The position numbers and the translations under genes are program-made. The notes beneath the pieces are model-generated. The model saw nothing but the letters and a program-made list of their open reading frames with translations. It was not told the DNA's origin and did no database searches. A stretch of 52,304 bases of DNA from a virus. Its lineage: Duplodnaviria > Caudoviricetes. How positions within the stretch are numbered: the stretch's first letter is position 1; every line of letters starts with the position of its first letter. Location of the stretch: the IMG/VR virus record IMGVR_UViG_3300019458_000043, positions 1 to 52,304 of that record; one strand, written 5' to 3'. Below are positions 18,316-28,031 of this stretch, in pieces.

Positions 18316-20859
18316 TTGGGTAAGGCCAAAGCCGACCCGACCAAGGCAAAAGACAAACGAACCACTTCCATTAAACCCCGGAGAAAACGCCCCACGAAGT
18401 TAGTCAGTTTTACACCACCACCGAAGAAAGGTCGTCCAAAAGGATCTAAGGACAAAAAAGTTCCTAGTGTCCTCCAAGCTATAATCGACAAGCGAGTAGC
18501 CGATCTCACGGACGGCACGCCCAAGCCGATTCTATCTCGTGCTTCTTCTGACCACGGCAGGCACGAGAAGTTGGAGGAGGGTGAACTACTCCACCGAGCT
18601 AGGGTTCATGCAAACGCTTACCGGCAAGCCCGGATGCGAGCAGGTCGTGACATCGCCCCGATCCCCACCGACGAAATTAACTGGGAGCGGAGGAAGGCTT
18701 GTCGTCGCAACCTCAAGCTATTCAGCGAAACGTACCTCCCCCGCGTATTCAAGTTGGCATGGTCTGACGACCAGCTACGCTGTGTTGCCAAAGAACAGAG
18801 CGTAATCTTGGACGGTGGGAAGTTTTGCATGGCCCAACCTCGCGGCGGTGGTAAGACTGCCATTTGCCGCTCCGGCTTGCTCTGGGCCTCTGCTTATGCC
18901 CACCGTCGCTTTATGTTCTTTCTTGGGAGCAAGGAACAGAAAGCCGCCCAGACGCTCGACTTTGTCCGCCAGTATTGGTACCGTAGCGACCTGCTACGCC
19001 AAGACTTTCCAGAGATAGCTTGGGCGGTTTACAAGCTGGAGAATCGCTGGCAGCTTGCCAAAGGCCAGCTATACATGGACGAGCCTACCTATATCGAATG
19101 GGGAACTAACCGGATTCGTTTCCCTAGCTTGATCCTCCCCAAAGAGATAGCCGACGAGTACGAAGCCAATGATTCTGAGTGCTTGCTTTGGGTTCCAGAG
19201 ATAAAAGCGTTCGTTCACAAAACGGCTGGTATCATTCTTGGTACCAATGGGATTGACGGTTCGATTCGAGGTGAAGCTGAGGTTCACCCGATCACCCTCG
19301 AACAGCCCCGCCCCGATTTGGTTCTGCTTGACGATGTCCAAAAGGATCAAAAGGCAGATTCCCCCGTTGCTTGCGAACGGCTGGTGCGCCTCATCGACGG
19401 TGCCATTCAGGGTCTAGGTGGGCCAGGCGAGGAGATTGCCGCTTTGATGCCGTGTACCGTCATTCGTGAGGGTGACGTGGCCGATACCTACCTAGATCAT
19501 ATCAGAAAACCGGAATGGCGTGGTGAGCGATGTGCGATGGTCAAATCCTGGCCCCCCGGTATTACAGACACCGAAATTACGAATGATACTGAACCTGGTA
19601 AACTCTGGAACGAATATGCCGAGTTACGCCGTCGCTCACTCAAAGTGTTTCAGGACATGCGGCTTTGCACGGAATTTTACGGAGAACACCGCGAGGTGAT
19701 GGATCGAGGGTTTGTAGTTTCTTGGACAGAACGCTATATTCGCAAGGGACCGAATGTCGAGTTGTCTGCCCAACAGCATTCTATGAACCTTCGATTGGAA
19801 GCCCCTACCAGTTTTCTTGCAGAGTACCAAAACATCGGCAGGAAACTCCATGCCGAGGGTAGTATCCTTATCACCGCTTCGCAACTTGCGGAGAAAAAGG
19901 TCATTCCTGTCCCAGAGTTTGACCTACCACTGGAAACCGAACACGTCACCGCTTTCATCGATGTTCAGAATGAAATCTTATTTTACCTAGTCCTCGGCGT
20001 TTCACCCGACTTTGATGGCTTTATCACAACTTACGGTACGTGGCCCGAAGTAAATGTCCCATATTTCCAAAAGTACCAGGCAGAGGGCTGGTCCCTTATA
20101 ACACGGGCATTCTTTAACCGTTACCCAGAACACCAAGACAAAGCATTGCTTACCAGTGACGGCAAACGTCGTGCTCCGTTAGAAGCCAAAATCTTCTTCG
20201 CACTCCAAGAATGCACCAAACACCTACTCTCTATGCGGTTTCGCCGTCGGGGGCAACACCCCAAGACATTTGAGGTTGACAAGCTGGGCATCGATACTCG
20301 CTGGGGTATGGCAAGCGAAGCTATCAAACGCTTTATCCGAGAGCAAGGTACAAATCGGATCGTTCCCTGTTATGGTCAGTCGTTTCCACCAACCAAAAAA
20401 CAGTTAGAGGAGTACGAGCGTCGTCCAGATTGGACGTTCGAGAATACACTCTGCCCAAACGTTCGCGAGGATAAATGGGTGATTCGACCTAACCCTGATG
20501 GGATGTATTACCTGAACAACGACGTTGATCGGCTTAAAGATTTTGTTTTCGCCCGCCTCGCCACCCCGCCAGGGGCCAAAGGGTCAATCTCTCTTTACCA
20601 TGCCCCAGCAGAGCGACATGAGATGTTCTCGCACCATATTTGCTCATCTGAGTATCCGGAAGCTGTCACCGCTCGTATGATGACAAAAAATATGTGGCAG
20701 GTTCGGGAAGTATCTACATTCGACAACGATTGGTTGGACTGCCTAGTAGGGTGCTGTGCTCTCGCTGGAACCCGTGGTGCCTCATATAAAACACCGGAAG
20801 GTATGCCACAAGCAAGCCACCGCAAACTTTCCGACGTGTTTAGGAGGAAACGAGCCTGA
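18316..20859 (+). CDS. Terminase large subunit (lambda GpA-like); start uncertain
   Basis: Walker A QPRGGGKT, Walker B VLLDDVQ, nuclease AFIDVQ...GIDTR...NDWLDC; upstream of portal. Confidence 0.85.
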   Translation: MGKAKADPTKAKDKRTTSIKPRRKRPTKLVSFTPPPKKGRPKGSKDKKVPSVLQAIIDKRVADLTDGTPKPILSRASSDHGRHEKLEEGELLHRARVHANAYRQARMRAGRDIAPIPTDEINWERRKACRRNLKLFSETYLPRVFKLAWSDDQLRCVAKEQSVILDGGKFCMAQPRGGGKTAICRSGLLWASAYAHRRFMFFLGSKEQKAAQTLDFVRQYWYRSDLLRQDFPEIAWAVYKLENRWQLAKGQLYMDEPTYIEWGTNRIRFPSLILPKEIADEYEANDSECLLWVPEIKAFVHKTAGIILGTNGIDGSIRGEAEVHPITLEQPRPDLVLLDDVQKDQKADSPVACERLVRLIDGAIQGLGGPGEEIAALMPCTVIREGDVADTYLDHIRKPEWRGERCAMVKSWPPGITDTEITNDTEPGKLWNEYAELRRRSLKVFQDMRLCTEFYGEHREVMDRGFVVSWTERYIRKGPNVELSAQQHSMNLRLEAPTSFLAEYQNIGRKLHAEGSILITASQLAEKKVIPVPEFDLPLETEHVTAFIDVQNEILFYLVLGVSPDFDGFITTYGTWPEVNVPYFQKYQAEGWSLITRAFFNRYPEHQDKALLTSDGKRRAPLEAKIFFALQECTKHLLSMRFRRRGQHPKTFEVDKLGIDTRWGMASEAIKRFIREQGTNRIVPCYGQSFPPTKKQLEEYERRPDWTFENTLCPNVREDKWVIRPNPDGMYYLNNDVDRLKDFVFARLATPPGAKGSISLYHAPAERHEMFSHHICSSEYPEAVTARMMTKNMWQVREVSTFDNDWLDCLVGCCALAGTRGASYKTPEGMPQASHRKLSDVFRRKRA

Positions 20860-21146
20860 TGCCGCGTACCCCTAAGACCAGTGAAGGTCGAGATGGCATT
20901 CGTTGCCCTACGTGCGGGAACCCCTATTGCCCGGTTTCGACCACCGTGCAACGAGAAGTCCGCTGGCGTGGCAAGGTGCGTGTCCATACTCGACGGTTCC
21001 GCTACTGCCACCATTGCCAGGCTTACTTTACTACGGTCGAACTATTAGAGGACGAGGACAAGCCCGGATTCCCTGAACCCCCGGAACCAGAATCTCCCCC
21101 AAAAGAAAATGATAAGAATGGCAAGGGGCGAAACCCGTACCTCTAA
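20859..21146 (+). CDS. Zinc-ribbon protein (Ogr/NrdR-N-like), candidate late activator
   Basis: CPTC...TRRFRYCHHC..YFTTVE. Confidence 0.65.
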   Translation: MPRTPKTSEGRDGIRCPTCGNPYCPVSTTVQREVRWRGKVRVHTRRFRYCHHCQAYFTTVELLEDEDKPGFPEPPEPESPPKENDKNGKGRNPYL

Positions 21147-21151
21147 CGCGA

Positions 21152-21196
21152 TTTCCTACCCGTAGTATTTCTGCCTTAGCAAATCTGTGGCATAAT
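21152..21196 (+). promoter_or_regulatory. Candidate late promoter 1
   Basis: TTTCCTACCCGTAGTATT, 21-bp spacer ending in TGG, then CATAAT. Confidence 0.55.
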
Positions 21197-21245
21197 AAAA
21201 ACCAGTTTCCGGGCCTTATGTACCTTTACCCCTACTGGTGCAACC

Positions 21246-21500
21246 ATGCCACTACAAGATCAGGACGAGGATAATCTGCTTGGCCAAGATGAGATGCCGC
21301 TGAACGCCGATACGATTGCGGAACTGGCAACCGCACCGAAACGGACAAAGACCGCCGAGGGTATGGTTGAGGAACGATCAATCGACGAGTTGATAAAAGC
21401 AGACCAGTACACCAACTCAAACCCAAATGCGGTCCCTTGGGGGATGCGAATAGCCCGCGTCAGACCAGGTAGCACTACAGCAGGTCATGGCAACCCCTGA
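21246..21500 (+). CDS. Head-tail adaptor (gpW-like position)
   Basis: APKRTKTAEGMVEERSIDELIKADQY; lies between terminase and portal. Confidence 0.55.
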   Translation: MPLQDQDEDNLLGQDEMPLNADTIAELATAPKRTKTAEGMVEERSIDELIKADQYTNSNPNAVPWGMRIARVRPGSTTAGHGNP

Positions 21501-21539
21501 CCGTCCGCCTCGGTACCTACCCCGCCAGTATAACCTTTT

Positions 21540-23183
21540 ATGGCTCACCGAACCAATAGGTGTAAGATGGTACGAGCTAGTTCAAGTGGTTTACTAGACG
21601 CTTACGGGCGTCCTGTTCGAGCAAACGAGATCGCCCAGGCCCGATCTGATGTAATCAAGTTGCGAAACCAGATTCGAGCAAAGTTCGACGCAGCCCAGAC
21701 GTTTACCGGCAACGAGGGTCACTGGTCCAATGCCGACCACTTCGACCCTCACCAAGTAGCCAGCCAACGAGTTCGGAGAATCCTTCGTTCCCGATCCCGT
21801 TACGAAGTCATCGAGAACAACCCTTATCTCAAGGGTACGGTTCTTACGATGGCTTATGACTTTGTTGGTAAGGGGCCAAAACTCCAAGTTACCGACAAGC
21901 GAATCTCAAAAGAACGTCGGCAACGGATTGAACAACAATTCGCCAAGTGGTCCAAGTTGTGCAAGCTACGCCAGAAACTCTGGCGAATGCGACTTGCCAA
22001 GATTGTGGACGGTGAAGGTTTTATGCGTGCCTATGCTGACAAGTCTAGGGCATACCGTCGTTACCCCCTACAACTCAACTTCCAGGTTTTCGAGTGCGAC
22101 CGTTGCTCATCGCCAGAACCGGCCAAGACGAGGGACTTGCCGTACAACCAAATTGACGGCGTCCGGTTCGACGATTACGAGAACCCGCTCCAGTATCATG
22201 TTCTAAATTCGCACCCTGGCGGCGGGTCTTCATTCTGGTCCTCGTTCTTCTACAACTCCAACTCTTTTGAAGGGAAGTGGTACGACTCACGCTATATCAT
22301 CCACTGGTTTCGACAAGATCGGGGCTGGTTGCGTGGTATCCCTGAAACAACCCCCTCCCTCCCATTGTGTGCGTTGTTGCGTCGTTACACCCTCGCTATT
22401 GTCCGTCACGCTGAAGTGGCGGCAGATTTTACTGCCATTATCGAAGCTGAGGGACCAGGTGCCCAAGCTGCCTGGACAGATGGCAGGGGCAACGTAGTCG
22501 AAGATGATCCGTTCGACACATTCCCCATCGAGATGGGTATGATTATGAACTTGCCTTGGGGGTACAAAATGTCCCAACTCAAGGCTGTTCCTTTAGGTAT
22601 CCAATTCGACCAATTTGTTGGTGCCATTCTTCGAGAGATAACCCGCCCATTGCTGGCCCCCTACAACATTGCCGCCGGTACATCAAAAGATTCCAACATG
22701 GCTAGCGGGATGTTAGACCAAAACATTTACAAGGGTGGACAAGAGGCAGAACGCGAGGATTGTGAGGACTTCGTTCTCGATAAAATCCTTGATTTGTGGT
22801 GGGGTGAGTCGCTTCGGGTTCCAGGGTACTTAGGCGACGATATGTTAAGCACAGATCAATCATTTAGAGACGAACCGCCCGAACACGTTTGGCGATGGGA
22901 CCGTATCGGCCTCGACCATACCGATCCATCCAAAGCTGCTACTGCCTTACAGATCCTCCACGATGCCAAATTCCTCACAGATCGTGACATTCAGGAAATC
23001 TACTACAACCGCGACGTTGAACAATGGCGTGAGGAAGCAATGGAGGATGCTGAATTTCGTGCCTCCCTACCACTTGCACCAGAAGCACAGGCCAAACAAG
23101 ATGCCACCAAAGAGAAAGCCAAGCAAAAGAAAACCCAAGCCAGCCGGATTATTTTGGAGGACGATTATGGGCAAGTTACTTGA
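21540..23183 (+). CDS. Portal protein (lambda family); start 21540 or 21567
   Basis: LRSRSRYEVIENNPYLKG...VGKGP; IVDGEGF; GVRFDDYENP; RGIPE; SNMASG. Confidence 0.9.
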   Translation: MAHRTNRCKMVRASSSGLLDAYGRPVRANEIAQARSDVIKLRNQIRAKFDAAQTFTGNEGHWSNADHFDPHQVASQRVRRILRSRSRYEVIENNPYLKGTVLTMAYDFVGKGPKLQVTDKRISKERRQRIEQQFAKWSKLCKLRQKLWRMRLAKIVDGEGFMRAYADKSRAYRRYPLQLNFQVFECDRCSSPEPAKTRDLPYNQIDGVRFDDYENPLQYHVLNSHPGGGSSFWSSFFYNSNSFEGKWYDSRYIIHWFRQDRGWLRGIPETTPSLPLCALLRRYTLAIVRHAEVAADFTAIIEAEGPGAQAAWTDGRGNVVEDDPFDTFPIEMGMIMNLPWGYKMSQLKAVPLGIQFDQFVGAILREITRPLLAPYNIAAGTSKDSNMASGMLDQNIYKGGQEAEREDCEDFVLDKILDLWWGESLRVPGYLGDDMLSTDQSFRDEPPEHVWRWDRIGLDHTDPSKAATALQILHDAKFLTDRDIQEIYYNRDVEQWREEAMEDAEFRASLPLAPEAQAKQDATKEKAKQKKTQASRIILEDDYGQVT

Positions 23184-23382
23184 CAAGGACCACCCAATTT
23201 GGAAAACCATCCAGTTTGGTGTCACCATCGGCTCGCTGGCTCTGTTCCTTCGGTTTAACTACAACACCTTCGATGAACGAGACTTGAAAACCATCGGCGG
23301 GACTGTAGTAGCTTACTTGTTGGCCCAATTCGCCCCGTTCCTGTTACCCGGCAATAAAAACCAGAATCCACCCGCCGCATAG
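23167..23382 (+). CDS. Small two-TM membrane protein (holin-like candidate)
   Basis: GGAGG RBS; two hydrophobic segments. Confidence 0.5.
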   Translation: MGKLLDKDHPIWKTIQFGVTIGSLALFLRFNYNTFDERDLKTIGGTVVAYLLAQFAPFLLPGNKNQNPPAA

Positions 23383-23385
23383 CGT

Positions 23386-23431
23386 TTTCCTACCCGTAGT
23401 ATTCCCAACCCCAAGCAACTTCTGCTACTCT
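23386..23431 (+). promoter_or_regulatory. Candidate late promoter 2
   Basis: Same 18-mer TTTCCTACCCGTAGTATT, 22-bp spacer ending in TGC, then TACTCT; upstream of the capsid gene. Confidence 0.55.
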
Positions 23432-23520
23432 GAGAGTGGAAGTGGAAGTGTCGCGGTGGTCGGCGGGTTCTCGGCTCAACCCTTGAACCCGCCTTCTACA
23501 TCCCCCAAAAGAGAACAACA

Positions 23521-25839
23521 ATGGCTGCCAAGACCAAAAAGCGAAAACGCAAGCTAGTTAGCTCTAGTTCGTTCCCAAAACGTTTGTCGCTGGCAGGTAG
23601 GGTTCAGGTCAGAGCACAGCAAGGCGGGACCGAAAAAATCTTTCTGGTCGCAAATACCGGAAAGCCTATGAAACTGGACAACTTTTTCGACCCGGTTATC
23701 GTGAACATGCGGGGGGCAGTCTTTGATAAACAAACCACCCCGATCATTGCGGACCACGATACGAGGCTGCGGATCGGACACTCGACCGAGCAGTTGATCC
23801 TCGCTACAAACAAGCAAGGGTCTATCAACGGTCGAACCATGAAGGGACCACTAATCGCCGCGTCGGGTATCCGTTCGTCGAACATGGCGATTGCTCAAGG
23901 ATTTGTAGATGATGCCAAGGCGGGTTTTCCGTTCCAAGTCTCCATCGGGGCGGATATCTTACAAGGGAAGCATATTCCAGATGGAGACAGCGTGCGGGTA
24001 AATGGGAGGACATGGGAAGGTCCGCTCATTCTCGCCAATCGTATTCGTATCAGGGAACTTTCAATCACCGTCTTGGGAGCCGACAATGACTCGTCAGCGA
24101 CGATTGCTGCCAAGGCCAAACTTTTGGAGGATCAGCAGATGAGTTTTAACGCATTTGTGAAGTCCCTCGGCCTAGACCCAACGAAGTTGACGGCCGAACA
24201 AAGGACTGCTCTCAAAGCCCAGTACAAACTGGCAAAAGCCAAGGCTAGGCCGAAGCTGGCGGCAAGCCGCAAGCCCCACAAGCATACCAAGGCCAACGAC
24301 CGAGAGGATGAACCTCGACGCAAGCCTCGCAAGATTCATGCAACGGTCGGGGCCGGAACCGGAGAAGGAGAAGATGATCTGCGGCGGCAACGCCGTCGAA
24401 ACTTTGCCAACGAATCGCTGCGAGTGGACAACATCAACGCGGCAGCCACCCGTTTCGCCAGCGTGGAGAAAATCAAGGTTGGCAGCAAGGAATACACCAT
24501 GTCAACCCTCAAGGCAAAAGCGATCCGCGATGGTTGGAGTGCCGACCAATTCGAGCTACATCTGCTCCGGGCAGACTACCCACAACAGGACGGCCCGGCA
24601 ATTCACTCCATAAGCCGTGATCTGACGGGCGAGCAAGCGAACCTCGCGATGCAGGCGTCGATCCTCCGCTACAGCGGCGTACCGAATCGTGAGGCGAACC
24701 GGCGAAGCGGTCGGGACTTTGGGTTGGAAGTCATGTTCAAACCCGAAGTGCTCGAAGCCTCCCACCAGCGGCAGTACCAGGTCGGTGGGTCCATCCAAGC
24801 CTTGCTAGACTTGCAGATTCGGGCGGCGGGGGGTTATTACGCTGGCTCTGACCGCAGCAGTTCGGAGTTCGTTGGGCAAGCCATCGAAGCCTACAGTAAA
24901 ATCAAGGCGTCGGGCTTCTCCACCTTAAATATCGTCAACATCCTCGAAAACGTGATGCACAAGTCGTCCTTGGCTGCGTTTGAGGCAGTAGAGGCTGTCT
25001 GGCGATTCCTGTGCGGTCGTAAACCACTCAACGACTTCAAGCCCCACGCTCTCTATAGGCTGGACTTCGCCGGCCACTTCAAGAAAGTGGCGACCGACGG
25101 GGAATTAAAGCATATCTCGATGGTTGATACAAAGAAAACCATCCAAGCCGAAACTTACGGTGCGATGCTCACCATCGACCGAAAGACGATCAAGAACGAC
25201 GACCTCGGCCTGATTTTGGACCAAGCCCGCGGCCTCGGCACGTTGGGTGCCCAACGGATCGAGGAATCGGTTCTGGTTTTGCTCCTCAGTAATCCCGGCT
25301 CATTTTTCAGCAGCGGCAATTCCAACCTGATTACGGGAGGCGGCACGGCGTTGAGCGTTACTTCACTCAGCCAAGCCAAGAAGGTCTTCCGTGATCAGGT
25401 CGTGAACGGCAAACCTGTCTCAGTCAGCCCGGTGCTCCTGCTCACTGGTACGACACTGGAAGAGACAGCACTTCGCTTGTGGGCAGAGGAGAAACTGGCC
25501 GCGACGGGTGACACCGACGCCCTGGTGTTCTTCAACAACCCGCACAAGGGGATGTATCGGCCGTTCGTCTCCCCGTACCTCGACAACACCTCCGTGACCG
25601 ACCAGGACGGTGCTGCCATCTCAGGACAGTCCGCAACCCAATGGTTCCTGGGGGCTAGCCCCTCGGCCCCGCAAGGTTCGGCTCTCGTAATCGGATTTAT
25701 GGACGGTCGAGAGACCCCGTTCTTCGATGAAGCGGAGACACAGTTCAACATCCCTGGTGGTTTGCAGTTCCGCTCCTACCTCGATTGGGGTGTGGCGATG
25801 CACATTCATCAGATGATGCTCCAATCCGCTGGTGCATAG
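23521..25839 (+). CDS. Prohead protease-scaffold-major capsid fusion
   Basis: PIIADHD...IGH, FPFQVSIGA, RELSITVLGAD (protease); LNDFK, DGELKH, AETYG.MLTIDRKTIKNDDLG, FMDGRETP, FRSYLDWGV (Mu-T/HK97-like capsid). Confidence 0.9.
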   Translation: MAAKTKKRKRKLVSSSSFPKRLSLAGRVQVRAQQGGTEKIFLVANTGKPMKLDNFFDPVIVNMRGAVFDKQTTPIIADHDTRLRIGHSTEQLILATNKQGSINGRTMKGPLIAASGIRSSNMAIAQGFVDDAKAGFPFQVSIGADILQGKHIPDGDSVRVNGRTWEGPLILANRIRIRELSITVLGADNDSSATIAAKAKLLEDQQMSFNAFVKSLGLDPTKLTAEQRTALKAQYKLAKAKARPKLAASRKPHKHTKANDREDEPRRKPRKIHATVGAGTGEGEDDLRRQRRRNFANESLRVDNINAAATRFASVEKIKVGSKEYTMSTLKAKAIRDGWSADQFELHLLRADYPQQDGPAIHSISRDLTGEQANLAMQASILRYSGVPNREANRRSGRDFGLEVMFKPEVLEASHQRQYQVGGSIQALLDLQIRAAGGYYAGSDRSSSEFVGQAIEAYSKIKASGFSTLNIVNILENVMHKSSLAAFEAVEAVWRFLCGRKPLNDFKPHALYRLDFAGHFKKVATDGELKHISMVDTKKTIQAETYGAMLTIDRKTIKNDDLGLILDQARGLGTLGAQRIEESVLVLLLSNPGSFFSSGNSNLITGGGTALSVTSLSQAKKVFRDQVVNGKPVSVSPVLLLTGTTLEETALRLWAEEKLAATGDTDALVFFNNPHKGMYRPFVSPYLDNTSVTDQDGAAISGQSATQWFLGASPSAPQGSALVIGFMDGRETPFFDEAETQFNIPGGLQFRSYLDWGVAMHIHQMMLQSAGA

Positions 25840-25927
25840 CCTCGCGGTACGGCGGGGTGGAAGATGTGATTCGTAGCCTGACCCACTCAACCACCTCGCC
25901 ATTAACTCAACAATGAAAGGGAACACA

Positions 25928-26143
25928 ATGTCTGTGATCGACATTGCTACTCGCGTAAAAGGTTGTGGCCCTGATGCAACCATTACACTCGGCCCAGCCG
26001 ACTTGGAGGAACTACGCGGGTTTGTCCCCGCTGGTAACAAAATCAAACTCCCAGCGGACGGGCCGGGCGGGGCCATCGTAAACTGCAACCAACTCTGTGA
26101 GATCGTGTTCGGCGGCTCCCCTTCCCCAAAAGAGAAGAAATAG
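25928..26143 (+). CDS. Small head-associated hypothetical protein
   Basis: AAAGGGA RBS; follows the capsid gene. Confidence 0.55.
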   Translation: MSVIDIATRVKGCGPDATITLGPADLEELRGFVPAGNKIKLPADGPGGAIVNCNQLCEIVFGGSPSPKEKK

Positions 26144-26205
26144 CCCCCGGTTAATAAAAACCAAACCTTCGGGGCCATGCCCCAACAACACAAGGAGAAT
26201 CGAAG

Positions 26206-26616
26206 ATGGCACAAGCCCTTGAAGCAATCTTCTACCGAGGCGACGACCAGAATCGGACAGACCACACGCCGACTTCCGGTGCCGTGAGCAACGGCGTAAT
26301 TGTTGATCTAGGGACGATCATCGGCGTTTGCACGTCCGTCGAGGGGATTGGCAACAACACTCTAGGTTCTTTGGCAACCGAGGGGGTGTTCAAGATCGCC
26401 AAAGACTCCGGCGTCGTGTTCTCTAAGAGCGACCCGGTGTTTTTCAATACCAGCACTCGCGTTGCCAAGACTGTCGGCGGGGCCAATACTATCCGTATCG
26501 GTATTGCCGACGAAGCCGCGGCCTCCGGCCACAACAACGTCAAATGCGACATCAACCGGCTGGGTCCACAGGACTCGAACGTGGCGACGGACCCTACGAC
26601 GACGACCACGACCTAA
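26206..26616 (+). CDS. Capsid decoration/cement protein (DUF2190-like) ending in TTTTTT
   Basis: DHTPTSGAVSNG.IV.LG.IIGV...GSLATEGVFKIAK...IGIA; six C-terminal Thr. Confidence 0.8.
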   Translation: MAQALEAIFYRGDDQNRTDHTPTSGAVSNGVIVDLGTIIGVCTSVEGIGNNTLGSLATEGVFKIAKDSGVVFSKSDPVFFNTSTRVAKTVGGANTIRIGIADEAAASGHNNVKCDINRLGPQDSNVATDPTTTTTT

Positions 26617-26743
26617 TCGACCAGGAGGATGACTACCTCCTAGACGAAGGTGGTGGCGTTTTACTGGCAGAGGTTTGACTCCCAGACTCGACTAGCCTCA
26701 TTTGGACCGGATGGGGCTGTCGGGTCTGGATAAGGGTTGACAA

Positions 26744-27145
26744 ATGGATCGACCACAACCAACAAAGCAACTCCCATCCCCTAATGTGTTCAACCACCCC
26801 GACCTTTCAGATAACGAGGATGGGACTTGGACACTAACGGACCCTCTTAGGTTCGTGCTGTCGATGGGTAGGGGGAAAATCGAAGTGGAAGTCCCAGCCG
26901 GTTTTGTAACGGATTTTGCATCGGTCCCCAGGTTGTTGTGGTTCATCTTCCCACCATTCGGTTCTTGGTCGCGACCTGCGGTGTTGCACGACTTTCTTTA
27001 CTCAGTAACAGGGGGGTGCTCACGGTTCTTAGCTGACGCTCTTTTCAGGGAAGCGATGTATCAACAATGCGTGCCGGCATGGCGTCGTGCTATCATGTAC
27101 TGTTCAGTCCGAATGTTTGGCCGACACGCCTGGAGGAAACGATGA
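26744..27145 (+). CDS. DUF1353-family protein
   Basis: VPAGFVTDFASVPR...AVLHDFLY...ADALFREAM...MYCSVRMFG. Confidence 0.85.
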   Translation: MDRPQPTKQLPSPNVFNHPDLSDNEDGTWTLTDPLRFVLSMGRGKIEVEVPAGFVTDFASVPRLLWFIFPPFGSWSRPAVLHDFLYSVTGGCSRFLADALFREAMYQQCVPAWRRAIMYCSVRMFGRHAWRKR

Positions 27146-27525
27146 CCTACCGTTTTCTCTCCCGATTACGGCATGTTGCTAACCGAGCAAACCAGGTAAA
27201 CGCGGAAGTCATAACTTATATTCGAGGTGCCACCAGCCGTGAGATGTCAGCAAGCCCGATTCTGATGGAGGCAGTCGAGATAATTCCGGGCCTGGTGGCA
27301 ACCCGGATTGAATATCAAGACTGGGCAATCGACGTTGTGGAGTTAGAAGTGTTTGGCGGGGTGCCTGTTGTCGGGGACAAAATAGTTCGTTCAACTGGTG
27401 AAGAGTTTCTGGTTTCATCGCGGGGGATGGTGACACAAGACATAACCGATCCACCTTACCGCTTTGCAACTTCTGACCGTGACCGGGTGATCGCCTATAC
27501 AAACCGCGTAAAGGGGAGTGGTTAA
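27142..27525 (+). CDS. Head-tail joining/closure protein
   Basis: Position; ITYIRG...P.VGDKI pattern. Confidence 0.6.
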   Translation: MTYRFLSRLRHVANRANQVNAEVITYIRGATSREMSASPILMEAVEIIPGLVATRIEYQDWAIDVVELEVFGGVPVVGDKIVRSTGEEFLVSSRGMVTQDITDPPYRFATSDRDRVIAYTNRVKGSG

Positions 27526-28007
27526 TGGCTGAGCTAACCGCACTACGCGACGAAGTTTACACCCGCATAAACGTCAAGAAATCGAACAGCCAATTCATTG
27601 TCAATAATTTTGCAGTCGAGAAGGACCGCTGGCTACCGTCGGAAGGTTTAGAGGGTTTGAAAGCGACGTACCCTAACGGGTTGTTGAACGTTATTGGTGG
27701 TTGCCTTGGGGACATGAAAAATTTGGGGCGACAACCACTAGCCAACCGCGAGTACAGTGTTCACATCTCCTTCCAAAAGGTAATCAACGGTCCTGCGGAC
27801 CCAAGCATCGACACCCTTGTCACCCTCCTCGAACAGCTAGATTTGATGTGTCTGTCACAGATTGCAAACAGCACCAACCGAATGACACCATCCAGAATCG
27901 AATACTTGAAGGACGAGCACAATCTACCCATCGCTTACGTGCTTCTCCGACAAGGTTCTTGCTTCTCAGCTCTTTTTTCCGCGTACTACCTGAAACCACT
28001 CCAGTAA
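27525..28007 (+). CDS. Probable tail terminator/completion protein
   Basis: Size and position directly before the tail tube gene. Confidence 0.5.
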   Translation: MAELTALRDEVYTRINVKKSNSQFIVNNFAVEKDRWLPSEGLEGLKATYPNGLLNVIGGCLGDMKNLGRQPLANREYSVHISFQKVINGPADPSIDTLVTLLEQLDLMCLSQIANSTNRMTPSRIEYLKDEHNLPIAYVLLRQGSCFSALFSAYYLKPLQ

Positions 28008-28031
28008 CCCCAAGAATAGGAGTTTAGACTT

